Assembly: GCA_030390025.1 (NCBI GenBank)
Contig: JASTWF010000033.1
Span: 3,784,001 to 3,848,000, forward strand
Direction: 5' to 3'
Source of the DNA: Squalus acanthias
Taxonomy: Eukaryota
DNA length: 64,000 nt
Within the stretch, counting starts at the first letter, position 1, and the number at the start of each line of letters is the position of its first letter. A program made the position numbers and the translations under genes. The notes under the pieces are model-generated. The model saw only the letters and a list, made by a program, of their open reading frames with translations, had not been told where the DNA came from and did not search any database. Of the stretch, positions 48,615 to 60,344 are shown one piece after another.

Positions 48615-50365
48615 ATAAGAACATAAGAACATAAGAAAAAGGAGCAGGAGTAGGCCAATCGGCCCCTCGAGCCTGCTCCACCATTCAATGAAATCATGGC
48701 TGATCTGATCCTAACCTCAAATCTAAAGAACACAAGAAGTAGGATCAGGACCCGGCCACTCAGCCCCTGGGCCCGCTCCGCCACCCACAGGGCCTCGACC
48801 GATCCGAACTCAGCCTCATGTCCAATTTCCAGCCCGCTCCCCGTAACCCCTAATTCCCTTTACTTCTCGGAAACTATCTATTTCTGTTTTAAATTTATTT
48901 AATGATGTAGCTTCCACAGCTTCCTGGGGCAGCAAATAACAGAGACCTACTACCCGCTGAGTGAAGAAGTTTCTCCTCATCTCGGTTTTGAAAGAGCAGC
49001 CCCTTATTCTAAGATTATGCCCCCTAGTTCTAGTTTCACCCATCCTTAGAACATCCTTACCGCATCCACCCGATCAAGCCCCTTCACAATCTTATATGTT
49101 TCAATAAGATCGCCCCTCATTCTTCTGAACTCCAATGAGTAGAGTCCCAATCTACTCAACCTCTCCTTATATGTCCACCCCCTCATCCCCGGGATTAACC
49201 GAGTGTACCTTCTTTGTACTGCCTCGAGAGCAAGTATGTCTTTTCTTAAGTATGGACACCAAAACTGTACGCAGTATTCCAGGTGCGGTCTTACCAATAC
49301 CTTATATAACTGCAGCAATACCTCCCTGTTTTTATAATCTATCCCCCTAGCAATAAAAGCCTTCTTGATCACCTGCTGCACCTGCATCGTAACTTTTTGA
49401 TTTTCTTGCACGAGGACCCCCAGATCCCTTTGTACTGCAGTACTTTCCAGTTTCTCGCCATTAAGAAAATTACTTGCTCTCTGATTTTTCCTGCCAAAGT
49501 GCATAACCTCACATTTTCCAATATTGTATTGCATCTGCCAAATCTCCGCCCACTCACCCAGCCTGTCTATATCCCCTTGTAGGTTTTTTATGTCCTCCTC
49601 ACTTTCTACTTTACCTCCCATCCTTGTATCATCTGCAAACTTTGATATGTTACACTTGGTCCCCTCCTCCAAATCGTTAATATAGATTGTAAAGAGTTGG
49701 GGTCCAGCACCGATCCCTGCGGAACACCACTGGCTACTGGTTGCCAGTCCGAGAATGAACCATTTATCCCAACTCTCTGTTTCCTGTTAGATAACAAATC
49801 CTCCACCCATGCCAGAATATTACCCCGAATCCAATGATTTTTTATCTTGAGCAATAATCTTTCATGTGGCACCTTGTCGAATGCCTTCTGCAAGTCTAAA
49901 TACACTACGTCCACTGGTTCCCCTTTATCCACCCTGTACGTTATCTCCTCAAAGAACTCAAGCAAATTTGTCAGACATGACTTCCCCTTCAGAAAGCCAT
50001 GCTGACTTTGTCCTACTAAATTAAGTTTATCTAAATGTTCCATTACTGTCTCCTTAATAATAGACTCCAAAATTTTACCCACCACAGATGTTAGGCTAAC
50101 TGGTCTATAATTTCCAGCATTCTGCCTACTTCCCTTTTTAAATAAGGGTGTTACTTTAGCAGTTTTCCAATCTGCCGGGACCTTTGCTGAGTCCAGGGAA
50201 TTTGGGAAAATTATCACCAAAGCATCCACAATCCCTACTGCCACTTCCCTCAAGACCCTAGGATGAAAGCCATCAGGCCCAGGGGATTGATCCGCCTTGA
50301 GTCCCATTATTTTACTGAGTACCAATTCCTTAGTGATTTTAATCGTATTTAGCTCCTCCCCTATA
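48615..50365 (-). mobile_element. 5'-truncated CR1 (family B) inserted in the RNase H of the outer pol
   Basis: (CATAAGAA)n tail, RT motifs, close to the CR1 at 55952-60565; candidate TSD GTACC at 48610-48614 / 50366-50370. Confidence 0.93.
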
Positions 50366-50832
50366 GTACCTACGGCCTATAATATTTGCTCGGACAGCAT
50401 GTTCACTTGCAATTCTTGTACAGAATATTTAGCCATTTGGTCTCATCGCGGGTTCACATCTGCAGACGGCAAACCCCTAGCAACAAAGCCATTGTTGCAA
50501 CAGATCATAACATCGATAGGAACCGAGGGGGAATTCTATATCCACAAAGTCAAGGCCCATTCAAAGGCGGAACCCCTTGCGGAGGGCAATCAGCAGGCCA
50601 ATGTGATGACCAAAGAGGGTGCTCGAACGGGCACGTTTTGGGATACATATGGTTCGAGTCAGGTAGCAGCGATCAGAGACAGGGGTGGGGCCTAAGGGAG
50701 TGCAGGGGTAGCATTGGCCCCGGACCTAAAGATTGTCCAGGCACGGAATCCCGTCCTAAAGACTGTTCTGGAGACGCTGGCTAAGGGAGATAAGGTAGAG
50801 CGTCCATACGGAGTGGCAGGTATCTCGGTAAA

Positions 50833-52277
50833 TACGTAGTACCATTATTCAAGAAGGGTGGTAGGGATAAACCAGGGTTATTACAGGCCATTGAGCCTAA
50901 CATCAGTGGTAGGGAAATTATTGGAAAACATTCTGAGGGACAGAAATAGTCTCCACTTGGAGAGGCAAGGATTAATTAAGGATAGTCATCATGGCTTTGT
51001 CAGGGGGAGATCATGTCTGACCAATTTGATTGAATTTTTAGAGGGGGTGACTAGTTGTATGGATGAGCGTAGTGCAGTTGATGTAGTCTACATGGACTTC
51101 AGTAAGGCATTTGACAAAGTCCCGCATGGGAGACTGGTCAAGAAGGTAAAAGCCCATGGGATCCAGTGCAACTTGGCACATTTGATCAAAAATTGGCTTA
51201 GTGGCAGGAGGCAGAGGGTGTTGGTCGAAGGTTGTTTTTGTGACTGGAAGCCTGTGTCCAATGGTGTACCGCTAGGATCGGTGCTGGGTCCTTTGCTGTT
51301 TGTAGTGTACATTAATGATTTAGATATTAATGTAGGAGGTATGATCAGTAATTTCGCAGATGACACGAAAATTGGTGGGGTGGTAAATAGCGAGGAGGGA
51401 AGCCTCCGGCTACAGGATGATATAGACGGGTTGGTTAGATGGGCAGAACAGTGGCAAATGGAATTTAACCCTGGGAAGTGTGAGGTAATGCATTTTGGGA
51501 GGACTAACAAGGAAAGGGAATACACAATGAATGGTAGGTCCCGAGGAAGGACAGAGGATCAGAGGGACCTTGGGGTGCATGCAAATAGATCCCTGAAGGC
51601 AGCAGGACAGGTTGATAAGGTGGTTAAAAAGGCATATGGGAAACTTGCCTTCATTAGCCGAGGCATAGAATATAAGAACAGGGAGGTAATGATGGAGCTG
51701 TACAAAACGGTAGTTAGGCCAAAGCTGGAATACTGTGTGCAGTTCTGGTCGCCACACTATAGGAAGGATGTGAGTTCATTGGAGAGGCTGCAGAAGAGAT
51801 TCAACAGGATGTTAACTGGGCTGGAGCGCTTCAGCTATGAAGAGAGACTGGACAGGCTGGGGTTGTTTTCCTTAGAGCAGAGAAGGCTGAGCGGGGACCT
51901 GATTGAGGTGCACACAATTATGAGGGGCATAGATAGGGTAGATAGAAAGGAACGTGTCCCCTTAGCAGAGGGGTCAATATCCAGGGGGCATAGTTTCAAG
52001 GGAAGGGGCAGGAGGTTTAGAGGGGTATTGAGGAAAATCTTTTTCACCCAGAGTGTGGTTGGAGACTGGGACTCACTGCCTGAAAATGTGGTAGAGGCAG
52101 GAACCCTCACAATATTCAAGAATTATTTAGATGAGCACTTGACACGCCACAGCATACAAAGCTACGGACCAAGTGCTGGAAAATGGGATTAGAATAGACA
52201 GGGCTTGAAGGCCGGCGCGGACACGAGGGGCCGAAGGGCCTCTTTCTGAGCTGTATAACTCTATGACTTTATGACTC
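50833..52277 (+). mobile_element. 5'-truncated CR1 (family C) inserted upstream of the integrase; RT frame 50858-52192 still open
   Basis: RT motifs with FADD; (CTATGACT)n tail; TSD TAAA at 50829-50832 / 52278-52281; removal restores pol ISVKEGMVFRGEQWAVP. Confidence 0.93.
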
Positions 52278-53806
52278 TAAAGGAAGGGATGGTTTTCAGA
52301 GGGGAACAGTGGGCAGTTCCGCAGCAGCACCGGAGAGAATTCCTTCAGTTGGCCCACGAGGGTCCAGGAGCGGGTCACCCCAGGCCGGAGACCACCTGGC
52401 AATGGGTGGAACAGGCAGGGTGGTCGCCGCAACTGAGGGAGGACGTCCGCGACTTCTGCGCGGATTGCTTGGTGTGTGCTGCAAACAACCTTGACCCCCA
52501 AAAAAGAAAGGTATCCATGGGACACAGTCGGAGAGTGGAGGGACCATGGCAGTCCATACAGGTCGATTATATCGGACCGCTGCCCACCGCGCAGGGGGTT
52601 ACAAATACTGCCTGGTCCTGGTGGATGTGTTCTTTCAATGGGTAGAAGCCTTCCCATGCCGAACAGCCACAGCTTTGTGGACCGCAAGGATTCTAGTGAG
52701 AGAAGTGTTCTCTCGAATACCACGGTATGTGGAGTCCGATCAGGGGATTCACTTCACATGTGTGTCATGCAGGCGACTCTGAAGATGCTCGGTGTAGAGG
52801 GTAAATGGCACGTCGCACACAACCCGCAGTCATCGGGGATTGTGGAGCGGATGAATAGGACCATCAAGGAAAGGTTACGGAAGGAGACGGGAGACTCGCC
52901 TAGAAAATGGGCGGAGGTTTTGCCGTTAGTTCTGATGGGGGTCTGAGCCAGCCCGTCTAGAAGCACAGGGCATTCCCCGCATGAGCTCGTGACTGGCAGG
53001 GTCATGAGGACGCCCAGCCATGTACTGGCCCCGGTTCTCACGGAAGGTCAGTTGAGAGAGGTGAACCGGGACAGGTTTGTTAAGAATTTATTTGAGCATC
53101 TCAGAAAGATCCATTGGCAGGCTGCCAGTAACATTGGGAAGCAACATCGTAGAAATCGCTTATTGCTTGAGCCTCAGAGGCAACACGAGTGGAAGGTCGG
53201 AGATCAAGTAATGGTTAGAAACTTCTCCAGGGTAGGGACTTTTGAACCGCTATACATGGGACAGTACAGTATCGTGGATATTGCAAGTCCGATGGTATAT
53301 GCGATCAAAATGCCTCGACGCACTAAGTGGTTCCATATCAATCAGTGCAAGCTTTTCAACCCTGGGGAAAGAGCTGATAAGAGGAGGAAACAGCAGGGAG
53401 TGGTGAGCTGCGCTACAGGTGTGGGTCTCCAGCCAATAATCTGGGACTGTGAGGAGCCCACAGAGGGACCAGTCGTTCCGTCTGTGGGGGCAGGAGTGAG
53501 AAGGAGTGCCAGGATCCCACAGCCGAGGGAGCCGTGGACGCCTCCTTACACACCGTTGAACGAAGGAAGCCGGAGTCGTAATAGGCTCAGGGTCGAGGAG
53601 ACCTAGTGTGGCCACCCGGAGACTGGTGGCGCTGTACATAACTTCTTTCTCTCCTGTCTGTTGCCTTAGCTTGTCTGTATAGTTTGGATTTACATGTATG
53701 CTGTGGATACCAAATGTAATCGTGTGTAGCTGCGTCTGGAAAGGTGAGGAATCACCCAAGGACAACGTTGCATTCTGTGTCTTTTCAGAGAACGCCTAAG
53801 AACAAG

Positions 53807-55027
53807 ATGAAGTCAGCCATGGTCGTCCTGAGCATCATGATTGAAGCCAGCGCGAGTCACAGGGGCGACACCGAGGAATCGGTTATCTTCGGCTGCACCG
53901 GCGGAGACGGACCGACCGTGACTACTGGAGGTGGCTCGAAGGATGGGGCGAGCGTCTATCTCCACGAGGGAAGATGGCCTGGATGGCTGGGGTCGAATTC
54001 CACCCGGTATTCCAGCCATGACAAGTTCACCAATGGTGAAGCGTCCATCCCATGCCCGAGAATAGGGGTTACCACCTCCCGGGTTAGGGTAACAGAGGGT
54101 AAACGGGTGTGCCGTAGCTGCAGGGGACACATTCCACTGGGAAGGTGGTGGTGGCTCAGGAAACTGAGCGCGGATACAGGGGACCAGACAGCTGACTGGG
54201 AAATACTAAGTAATGACACGGGTTCTCAGGGAGGAGTGAATGTTTGTTGGGATAAGTGGTGGGAATCCGAAGAAGCGCTTTATGTGTGTATGTGGGGGTC
54301 GGAAAAGATCTGCCCAGCGGGTGTGTCGATGGCGTTTAAGAGACACCGGGGCTGGGATCGGTTGGGATCGGAGTGTGGACTCCTGTGTGATCCCAATACC
54401 CCCGAACACCATCAACGCCACAGAGCTCATCTCATGCACCAGGAAGCCCCCGCCCAGAGCCCCGACGGTACAGACGGCTGTAGATGGGTGTCCCACCACC
54501 ACCAGTGGTCCAGGGAATGGGTTGGTGTTAATCCCGACTGACAAAGTGTTGTTTCAGAACGTGCTCTACGCCGTGGCATCCGTGATCCTGAACCTGACTG
54601 AAGTCCATCTGCCTGTGTGGTTTCCAAGGAAGACGGAGAAGCTTTATGAAGCTCTGTTAAAAGCGATGTTTCAGGATATTTTATGAACTGGACTATGGAA
54701 ATGTAGAGAAAGAACAGCTTTATAAGCTGAAAGTTGGGGACAGTGTGGGGTCCGCGAGGCAGAGAAGAGGGACCTGGAACAATTACTTTTCTGCCGGATC
54801 ATCTCACTGAGTTAATAAAGACCGTTGAACTCTCCCAGAAATTTTTTTACACTTTGGAGCAAAAGACAGTAGAAGTGGGTGAGGAGATCAAGGGGATTGT
54901 CTCACCACCATGGTGGGACATCGGTCTGAGTATAGAGATTCCTCCCTGGATCCGCATCTGTTCCCATGCATTAGTTATCTTACAATTGTTGATTGTAAGC
55001 TACTTGTTCTACACCAGCTGCAGGTGA
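53807..55027 (+). pseudogene. env: Outer env, frameshifted and with a ~1-kb internal deletion
   Basis: Homologous to the inner env (GRWPGWLG.NST.YSS, WWWLRKLS, CWDKWWE, GPGNGLVL.PTD); RQRR|G at 54757-54771, then a jump to LPDHLTELIK...FYTLEQKT...PPWW...TM; acceptor CTTTTCAG ending 53788. Confidence 0.88.
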
Positions 55028-55592
55028 TGGAGCCAGATGCTCCGAGCGCGGTGGCAAGGGGTGTTAGATCGATCCGCAAAGGTGTCATTGATTTATGTTG
55101 ATGATGGTTTCTCCCTGCAAAAAAACTTGTAATGTACCAAGGTTCTGTAAGCAAGTGTATAGTATTCTGGTTATAGTTTTACACTCTGTATTGTGTGATG
55201 TGGGATGTTGTATTTTTGTAATGTGTTACCACCTGTCAATGCTGTACTGTGTGATGTGCGCTGTTGTATTTTTGTAATGTGTTACCACCTGTCAATGCTG
55301 TACTGTGTGATGTGCGCGGTGACTTTTTGGTAACCTTCTGTGGATCTTATTAATTTTCTGTATTTTGACTTGAAGTTTGTCGGTGGGAATTGGAACCCAG
55401 CCATTTGAATGTGTTCAGAAGCCGTTTCGCTGATGTTTTGACTCGGTAGAAGGGAACTATGACACGCAGTAAGGGGTACAGCTCTGGGGTTAAAATGTAA
55501 AATCAGAGAAACAGCTTCACTTGTGGGAGACTTTGGCCTTTGCTCTCTCGTCGAGTGATACTTTGTGGAAAGACAAACATCGAACGGGGGAC

Positions 55593-55952
55593 TGAAGAGA
55601 TCACAAAGTCTCTGTTTGAAGAATGGACTCAGTCGAGAATATTTTGTGGATATTATGGGATTTTACTGAGGATATTTTCCCTGTAATGGGCTCACCTGGG
55701 CAGATATGTGAAAAAGTAGTTTGTTAAAACTCCAGAGAACGCATGGCAGTTGGCTGTGACAAAAGAACTGTCAGTCATCCAGAATATGCAAAAACTCTTC
55801 TCACCTCCATCTCAGAAGAGAAGCAGAACAATGAACCCAATGGCCTAGCCAGCCGGAGAGGAGCCAGTTTTTCCCAACACAAAGACCGAATTATGTCGCA
55901 GAATTAGGGCCATTAGTACAAACACGGAGTACACATGGGTCTGATGATGACC
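55593..55952 (+). repeat. Outer 3' LTR, first part
   Basis: Follows the PPT; aligns to 34528-34888. Confidence 0.9.
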
Positions 55953-56190
55953 ATAAGAACATAACAACATAAGAAATAGGAGCAGGAGTAGGCCAATCGG
56001 CCCCTCGAGCCTGCTCCGCCATTCAATAAGATCATGGCTGATCTGATCCTAACCGCCAATCTACTATCTTTCACAGAACCATCTCCTGCATCTAACAGAA
56101 TTGCACACACGAAATAGGAGCAGAATCAGGCTACACGGTCCCTGGGCCCGCTCCACTACCCACAGGGCCATGACCGATCCGAACCTAGAC

Positions 56191-59142
56191 TCACGTCCAA
56201 ATTCCTGCCCGCTCCCCATAACCCTTAATGCCCTTTACTTCTAGGAAACTGTCTATTTCTGTTTTAAATTTAATTAATGTTGTAGCTTCTACAGCTTTTT
56301 GTGGCAGCATATTCCATGGACCTACCACCCTCTGAGTGAAGTAGTTCCTCCTCATCTCAGTTTTGAAAGAGCAGCCCCTTATTCTAAGACTATGTCCCCT
56401 AGTTCTCGTCTCACCCGTCATCGGGAACATCCTCCCCGCATCCACCCGATCCAACCCCTTCACAATCTTATATGTTTCAATAAGATCGCCTCTCATTCTT
56501 CTGAACTCCAATGAGTAGAGTCCCAATCTACCCAACCTCTCCTCATATGACCACCCCCTCATCCCCGGGATTAACCGAGTGAACCTTTTTTGCACTGCCT
56601 CGAGAGCAAGGATGTCTTTCCTTAAGTAAGGACACCAAAACTGTATGCAGTATTCCAGGTGCGGTCTCACCAATACCTTGTACAACTGAAGCAATACCTC
56701 CCTATTTTTATATTCTATCCCCCTAGCAATGAAAGCCAACATTCCATTTGCCTTCTTAATCACTTGCTGCACCTGCATACTAACCTTTTGAGTTTCGTGC
56801 ACCAGGACCCCCAGATCCCTTTGCACTTCAGTACTCTCCAGTTTCTTGCCATTAAGATAATAAATTGCTCTAGGATTTTTCGTGCCAAAGTGCATCACCT
56901 CACACTTTCCAGTGTTGTATTCCATCTGCCAAATCTCTGCCCACTTACTTAGCCTGTCTATGTCCCCTTGCAGGTTTTTTATGTCCTCCTCACTCACTAC
57001 TTTCCCTCCCATCTTTGTATCATCTGCAAATTTTGATATGTTACACTTGGTCCCTTCCTCCAAATCGTTAATATAGATTGTGAAGAGTTGGGGACCCAGC
57101 ACTGACCCCTGTGGAACACCACTAGTTACTGATTGCCAGTCTGAGAATGAACCATTTATCCCAACTCTTTGCTTTCTGTTAGATAGCCAATCCTCTATCC
57201 ATGCCAGAATATTACCCCCAATCCCGTGATTTTTTACCTTAAGCAATAATCTTTTGTGTGGCACCTTGTCAAATGCCTTTTGGAAGTCTAAATACACTAC
57301 GTCCACTGGTTCCCCTTTATCCACTCTATATGTTACTTCCTCAAAGAACTCCAGCAAATTTGTCAAACATGACTTCCCCTTCGTAAAACCATGCTGACTT
57401 TGTCCTATTAAATTATGATTATCCAAATGTCCTGTTACTGTTTCCTTAATAATGGACTCCAAAATTTTACCTACCACAGATGTTAGGCTAACCGGTCTAT
57501 AGTTACCAGCCTTCTGTCTACTGCCCTTTTTAAATAAGGGTGTTACATTAGCAGTTTTCCAGTCTGCCGGGACCTTAGCGGAATCCAGGGAGTTTTGAAA
57601 AATTATTACCAATGCATCTACAATCCCTACCGCCACTTCCTTCAAGACTCTAGGATGTAAGCCATCAGGTCCAGGTGATTTATCCGCCTTGAGTCCCATT
57701 ATTTTACCGAGTACCACTTCCTTAGTGATTTTGATCGTGTTTAGCTCCTCTCCCCCTATAGCCCCCTGTTTGTCCAGTGTTGGGATATTCTTAGTGTCCT
57801 CTACTGTAAAGACTGATACAAAATATTCATTCAGTGTTTTTGCCATCTCCATATTTCCCACCATTAATTTCCCGGTCTCATCCTCTAAGGGACCAACATT
57901 TACTTTAGCCACCCTTTTTCTTTTTATATAACTATAAAAACTCTTACTATCTGTTTTTATATTTTTTGCTAATTTACTTTCATAATCTATCTTCCCTTTC
58001 TTAATCAACCTTTTTGTTATTTTTTGCTGCCTTTTAAAGTTTTCCCAATCCTCTGTCCTCCCACTAGATTTCGCTACCTTATATGCCCTTGTTTTTAGTC
58101 GAATACTATCCTTAATTTCTTTACTTAGCCACGGATGACTGTCCTTTCTTTTACACCCTTTTCTTTTCAGTGGAATATATTTTTTTTGGAAGTTGTAAAA
58201 TAACTCCTTGAATGTACACCACTGATCATGTGTCGTCTTACCCTTTAATCTATTTTCCCAATCCACTCTACTCAATTCCGCTCGCATACCTTCATAGTCT
58301 CCTTTATTCAAGCTTAGCACGCTTGTTTGAGATCCAACCTTCTCACCCTCTAATTGAATATGGAATTCAACCATGTTATGGTCACTCATTCCAAGGGGAT
58401 CCTTTACTAGGACATTTTTAATTAATCCTGTCTCGTTACACAGGACCAGATCTAAGGTTGCTTGCCCCCTGGTCGGTTCAGTTACATACTGCTCAAGAAA
58501 CCCATCCCTAATACACTCAATGAACTCATCCTCAAGGCAGCCCTGCCCCATTTGATTTGTCCAATTAATATGATAGTTAAAATCCCCCATAATTATAGAT
58601 GTTCCCTTATTACATGCCTCAACTATTTCCTGATTGATACTCCGTCCAATAGAGTTGCAACTGTTCGGAGGCCTATAGACTACGCCAACTAATGTTTTTT
58701 TCCCCTTATTATTCCTTATCTCCACCCAAACTGTTTCATTATCATGATTTTTTGACCCAATATCATTACTCTGTATTACAGTGATTCCTTCCTTTATTAA
58801 CATAGCCACCCCACCTCCCCTTCCTTCCTGCCTGTCCTTCCTGATCGTTAAATAACCTGGTATGTTTAATTCCCAGGCATTGTCACCCTGTAGCCATGTT
58901 TCTGTAATGGCCACAATATCATAACCATATGTAGTTATTTGTGCCATTAACTCGTCTATTTTGTTACGAATGCTACGTGCATTCAGATAGAGAACTTTCA
59001 AATATGCTTTGTGGCACTTAGTTCCTGCTTTTTCACTTTTTACCAGTTTACCTTTTACTCCACACACTCTGTCCCTTCCTGCCACGCTCTGATTTGTGAT
59101 TCCCCTACTGCTACCTATGTCTATGACCCTCTCTGTTGTCAT
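56191..59142 (-). CDS. CR1 ORF2p, APE endonuclease + reverse transcriptase (983 aa), uninterrupted
   Basis: YLNARSIRNK, ITETWL, MGDFN, SDHN; YRPVSLTS, QHGF, DFQKAFD, GVPQGSVLGP, FADD. Confidence 0.96.
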   Translation of the reverse strand: MTTERVIDIGSSRGITNQSVAGRDRVCGVKGKLVKSEKAGTKCHKAYLKVLYLNARSIRNKIDELMAQITTYGYDIVAITETWLQGDNAWELNIPGYLTIRKDRQEGRGGGVAMLIKEGITVIQSNDIGSKNHDNETVWVEIRNNKGKKTLVGVVYRPPNSCNSIGRSINQEIVEACNKGTSIIMGDFNYHINWTNQMGQGCLEDEFIECIRDGFLEQYVTEPTRGQATLDLVLCNETGLIKNVLVKDPLGMSDHNMVEFHIQLEGEKVGSQTSVLSLNKGDYEGMRAELSRVDWENRLKGKTTHDQWCTFKELFYNFQKKYIPLKRKGCKRKDSHPWLSKEIKDSIRLKTRAYKVAKSSGRTEDWENFKRQQKITKRLIKKGKIDYESKLAKNIKTDSKSFYSYIKRKRVAKVNVGPLEDETGKLMVGNMEMAKTLNEYFVSVFTVEDTKNIPTLDKQGAIGGEELNTIKITKEVVLGKIMGLKADKSPGPDGLHPRVLKEVAVGIVDALVIIFQNSLDSAKVPADWKTANVTPLFKKGSRQKAGNYRPVSLTSVVGKILESIIKETVTGHLDNHNLIGQSQHGFTKGKSCLTNLLEFFEEVTYRVDKGEPVDVVYLDFQKAFDKVPHKRLLLKVKNHGIGGNILAWIEDWLSNRKQRVGINGSFSDWQSVTSGVPQGSVLGPQLFTIYINDLEEGTKCNISKFADDTKMGGKVVSEEDIKNLQGDIDRLSKWAEIWQMEYNTGKCEVMHFGTKNPRAIYYLNGKKLESTEVQRDLGVLVHETQKVSMQVQQVIKKANGMLAFIARGIEYKNREVLLQLYKVLVRPHLEYCIQFWCPYLRKDILALEAVQKRFTRLIPGMRGWSYEERLGRLGLYSLEFRRMRGDLIETYKIVKGLDRVDAGRMFPMTGETRTRGHSLRIRGCSFKTEMRRNYFTQRVVGPWNMLPQKAVEATTLIKFKTEIDSFLEVKGIKGYGERAGIWT

Positions 59143-59180
59143 TTTTATTTTTTGCTCTCTTGAAACCTCCCCCCCACTAA

Positions 59181-60137
59181 TTAGTTTAAAGCCCTCTCCA
59201 CAGCCCTAGTTATTCGATTCGCCAGGACACTAGTCCCAGCACTGGCCAAGTGAAGTCCGTCCCAACGGAACAGCTCTCTCCTGCCCCAGTACTGTTGCCA
59301 GTGTCCCAAGAAGCAAAACCCATTTTTCCCACACCAGTCTTTGAGCCACGCATTCAACTCCCTGATTTTATTTACCCTAGCCAAATTTGCTCGTGGCTCA
59401 GGTAGTAATCCAGAGATTATTACCCTTGAGGTTCTGCTTTTTAATTTGGCCCCTAGCTGCTCAAACTCCCTCAGCAGAACCTCTTTCCTTGTCCTATCTA
59501 TGTCATTGGTACCAACATGGACCACGACAACTGGATCCTCCCCCTCCCACTCCAAGTTTCTCTCCAGCCCAGAGGAGATGTCCTTAACCCTGGCACCGGG
59601 CAGGCAACACAGCCTTCGGGACTCTCGCTCTTGGCTGCAAAGAACCCTATCTATCCCCCTAATGATACTATCCCCTACCACTACAACATTTCTTTTTACT
59701 CCCCCCACTTGAATGGCCCCCCTTACCACGGTGCTGTGGCCAGGTTGCTCATCCTCCCTGCAGTCCCCGCTCCTATCCACACAGGGAGTAAGAGCCTCGA
59801 ACCTGTTGGACAAGAGCAAGGGCTGCGGCTCCTCCAACACTACCTCCTGGATCCCTGTACATGCCTCACTCGTAGTCACACCTTCCTGTCCCTGACCACG
59901 GGCTACTTCTGAATTAGTTACTCTAATTGGTGTGACTACCTCCTGAAACACGGAGTCCAGGTAACTCTCCCCCTCCCTGATGTGTCGCAGTGTTTGAAGC
60001 TCGGACTCCAGCTCATCAACACGGAGCCGGAGTTCCTCGAGCAGCCAACACTTACTGCAAATGTGTTCACCGTGAACATCAATGGTGTCCACCAGCTCCC
60101 ACATATTGCAGCAGTAACACATCACCTGCTCTCCCAT
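59181..60137 (-). CDS. CR1 ORF1p (Cys/His motif, leucine zipper, SGNH esterase-like), 318 aa, uninterrupted
   Basis: CYCCNMW...HICSKC, LRLRVDELESEL, VVGDSIIRG, HVGTND and DGLHL motifs. Confidence 0.94.
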   Translation of the reverse strand: MGEQVMCYCCNMWELVDTIDVHGEHICSKCWLLEELRLRVDELESELQTLRHIREGESYLDSVFQEVVTPIRVTNSEVARGQGQEGVTTSEACTGIQEVVLEEPQPLLLSNRFEALTPCVDRSGDCREDEQPGHSTVVRGAIQVGGVKRNVVVVGDSIIRGIDRVLCSQERESRRLCCLPGARVKDISSGLERNLEWEGEDPVVVVHVGTNDIDRTRKEVLLREFEQLGAKLKSRTSRVIISGLLPEPRANLARVNKIRELNAWLKDWCGKNGFCFLGHWQQYWGRRELFRWDGLHLASAGTSVLANRITRAVERALN

Positions 60138-60344
60138 TCTATGTAATTAATTAAAAATGTATTATTTACCCTTCAGTTAATTTATGCCAGCAGTCTCTGC
60201 TACACCACAGATACCCGAGAAACAATAAAATTGAAGTTTTGTATAAAAAAAAAGAAATACTCACCAACCAATCACTTACCTGCTTTCTGGTGACGTCACA
60301 CTTCGATTATTTTTTACCTCTCTCCTGCTCTCGGCTTGGTGAAA

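Larger units (their letters stand above)
46512..53606 (+). pseudogene. pol: Outer pol: protease, RT, tether (degenerate RNase H), RNase H, integrase; many stops/frameshifts and two CR1 insertions
   Basis: LLDTGASST (PR); NSPIWPV.K, LDISNGFW, LPQGFHNSP, YVDN (RT); RPVVYSSRIL..ERGYS..E (tether); HVDG, SAQQAEL, ICSDS, KVKAH, GNQQA (RNase H); H-x6-H...C..C, QVDYIGP, ESDQG, GIVERMN (IN). Confidence 0.92.

Noticed and set aside
46281..53606. Outer pol acting in cis as helper for the inner element
   Set aside because: It carries multiple stops and frameshifts, YVDN instead of YVDD, and two LINE insertions; any helper must be elsewhere.
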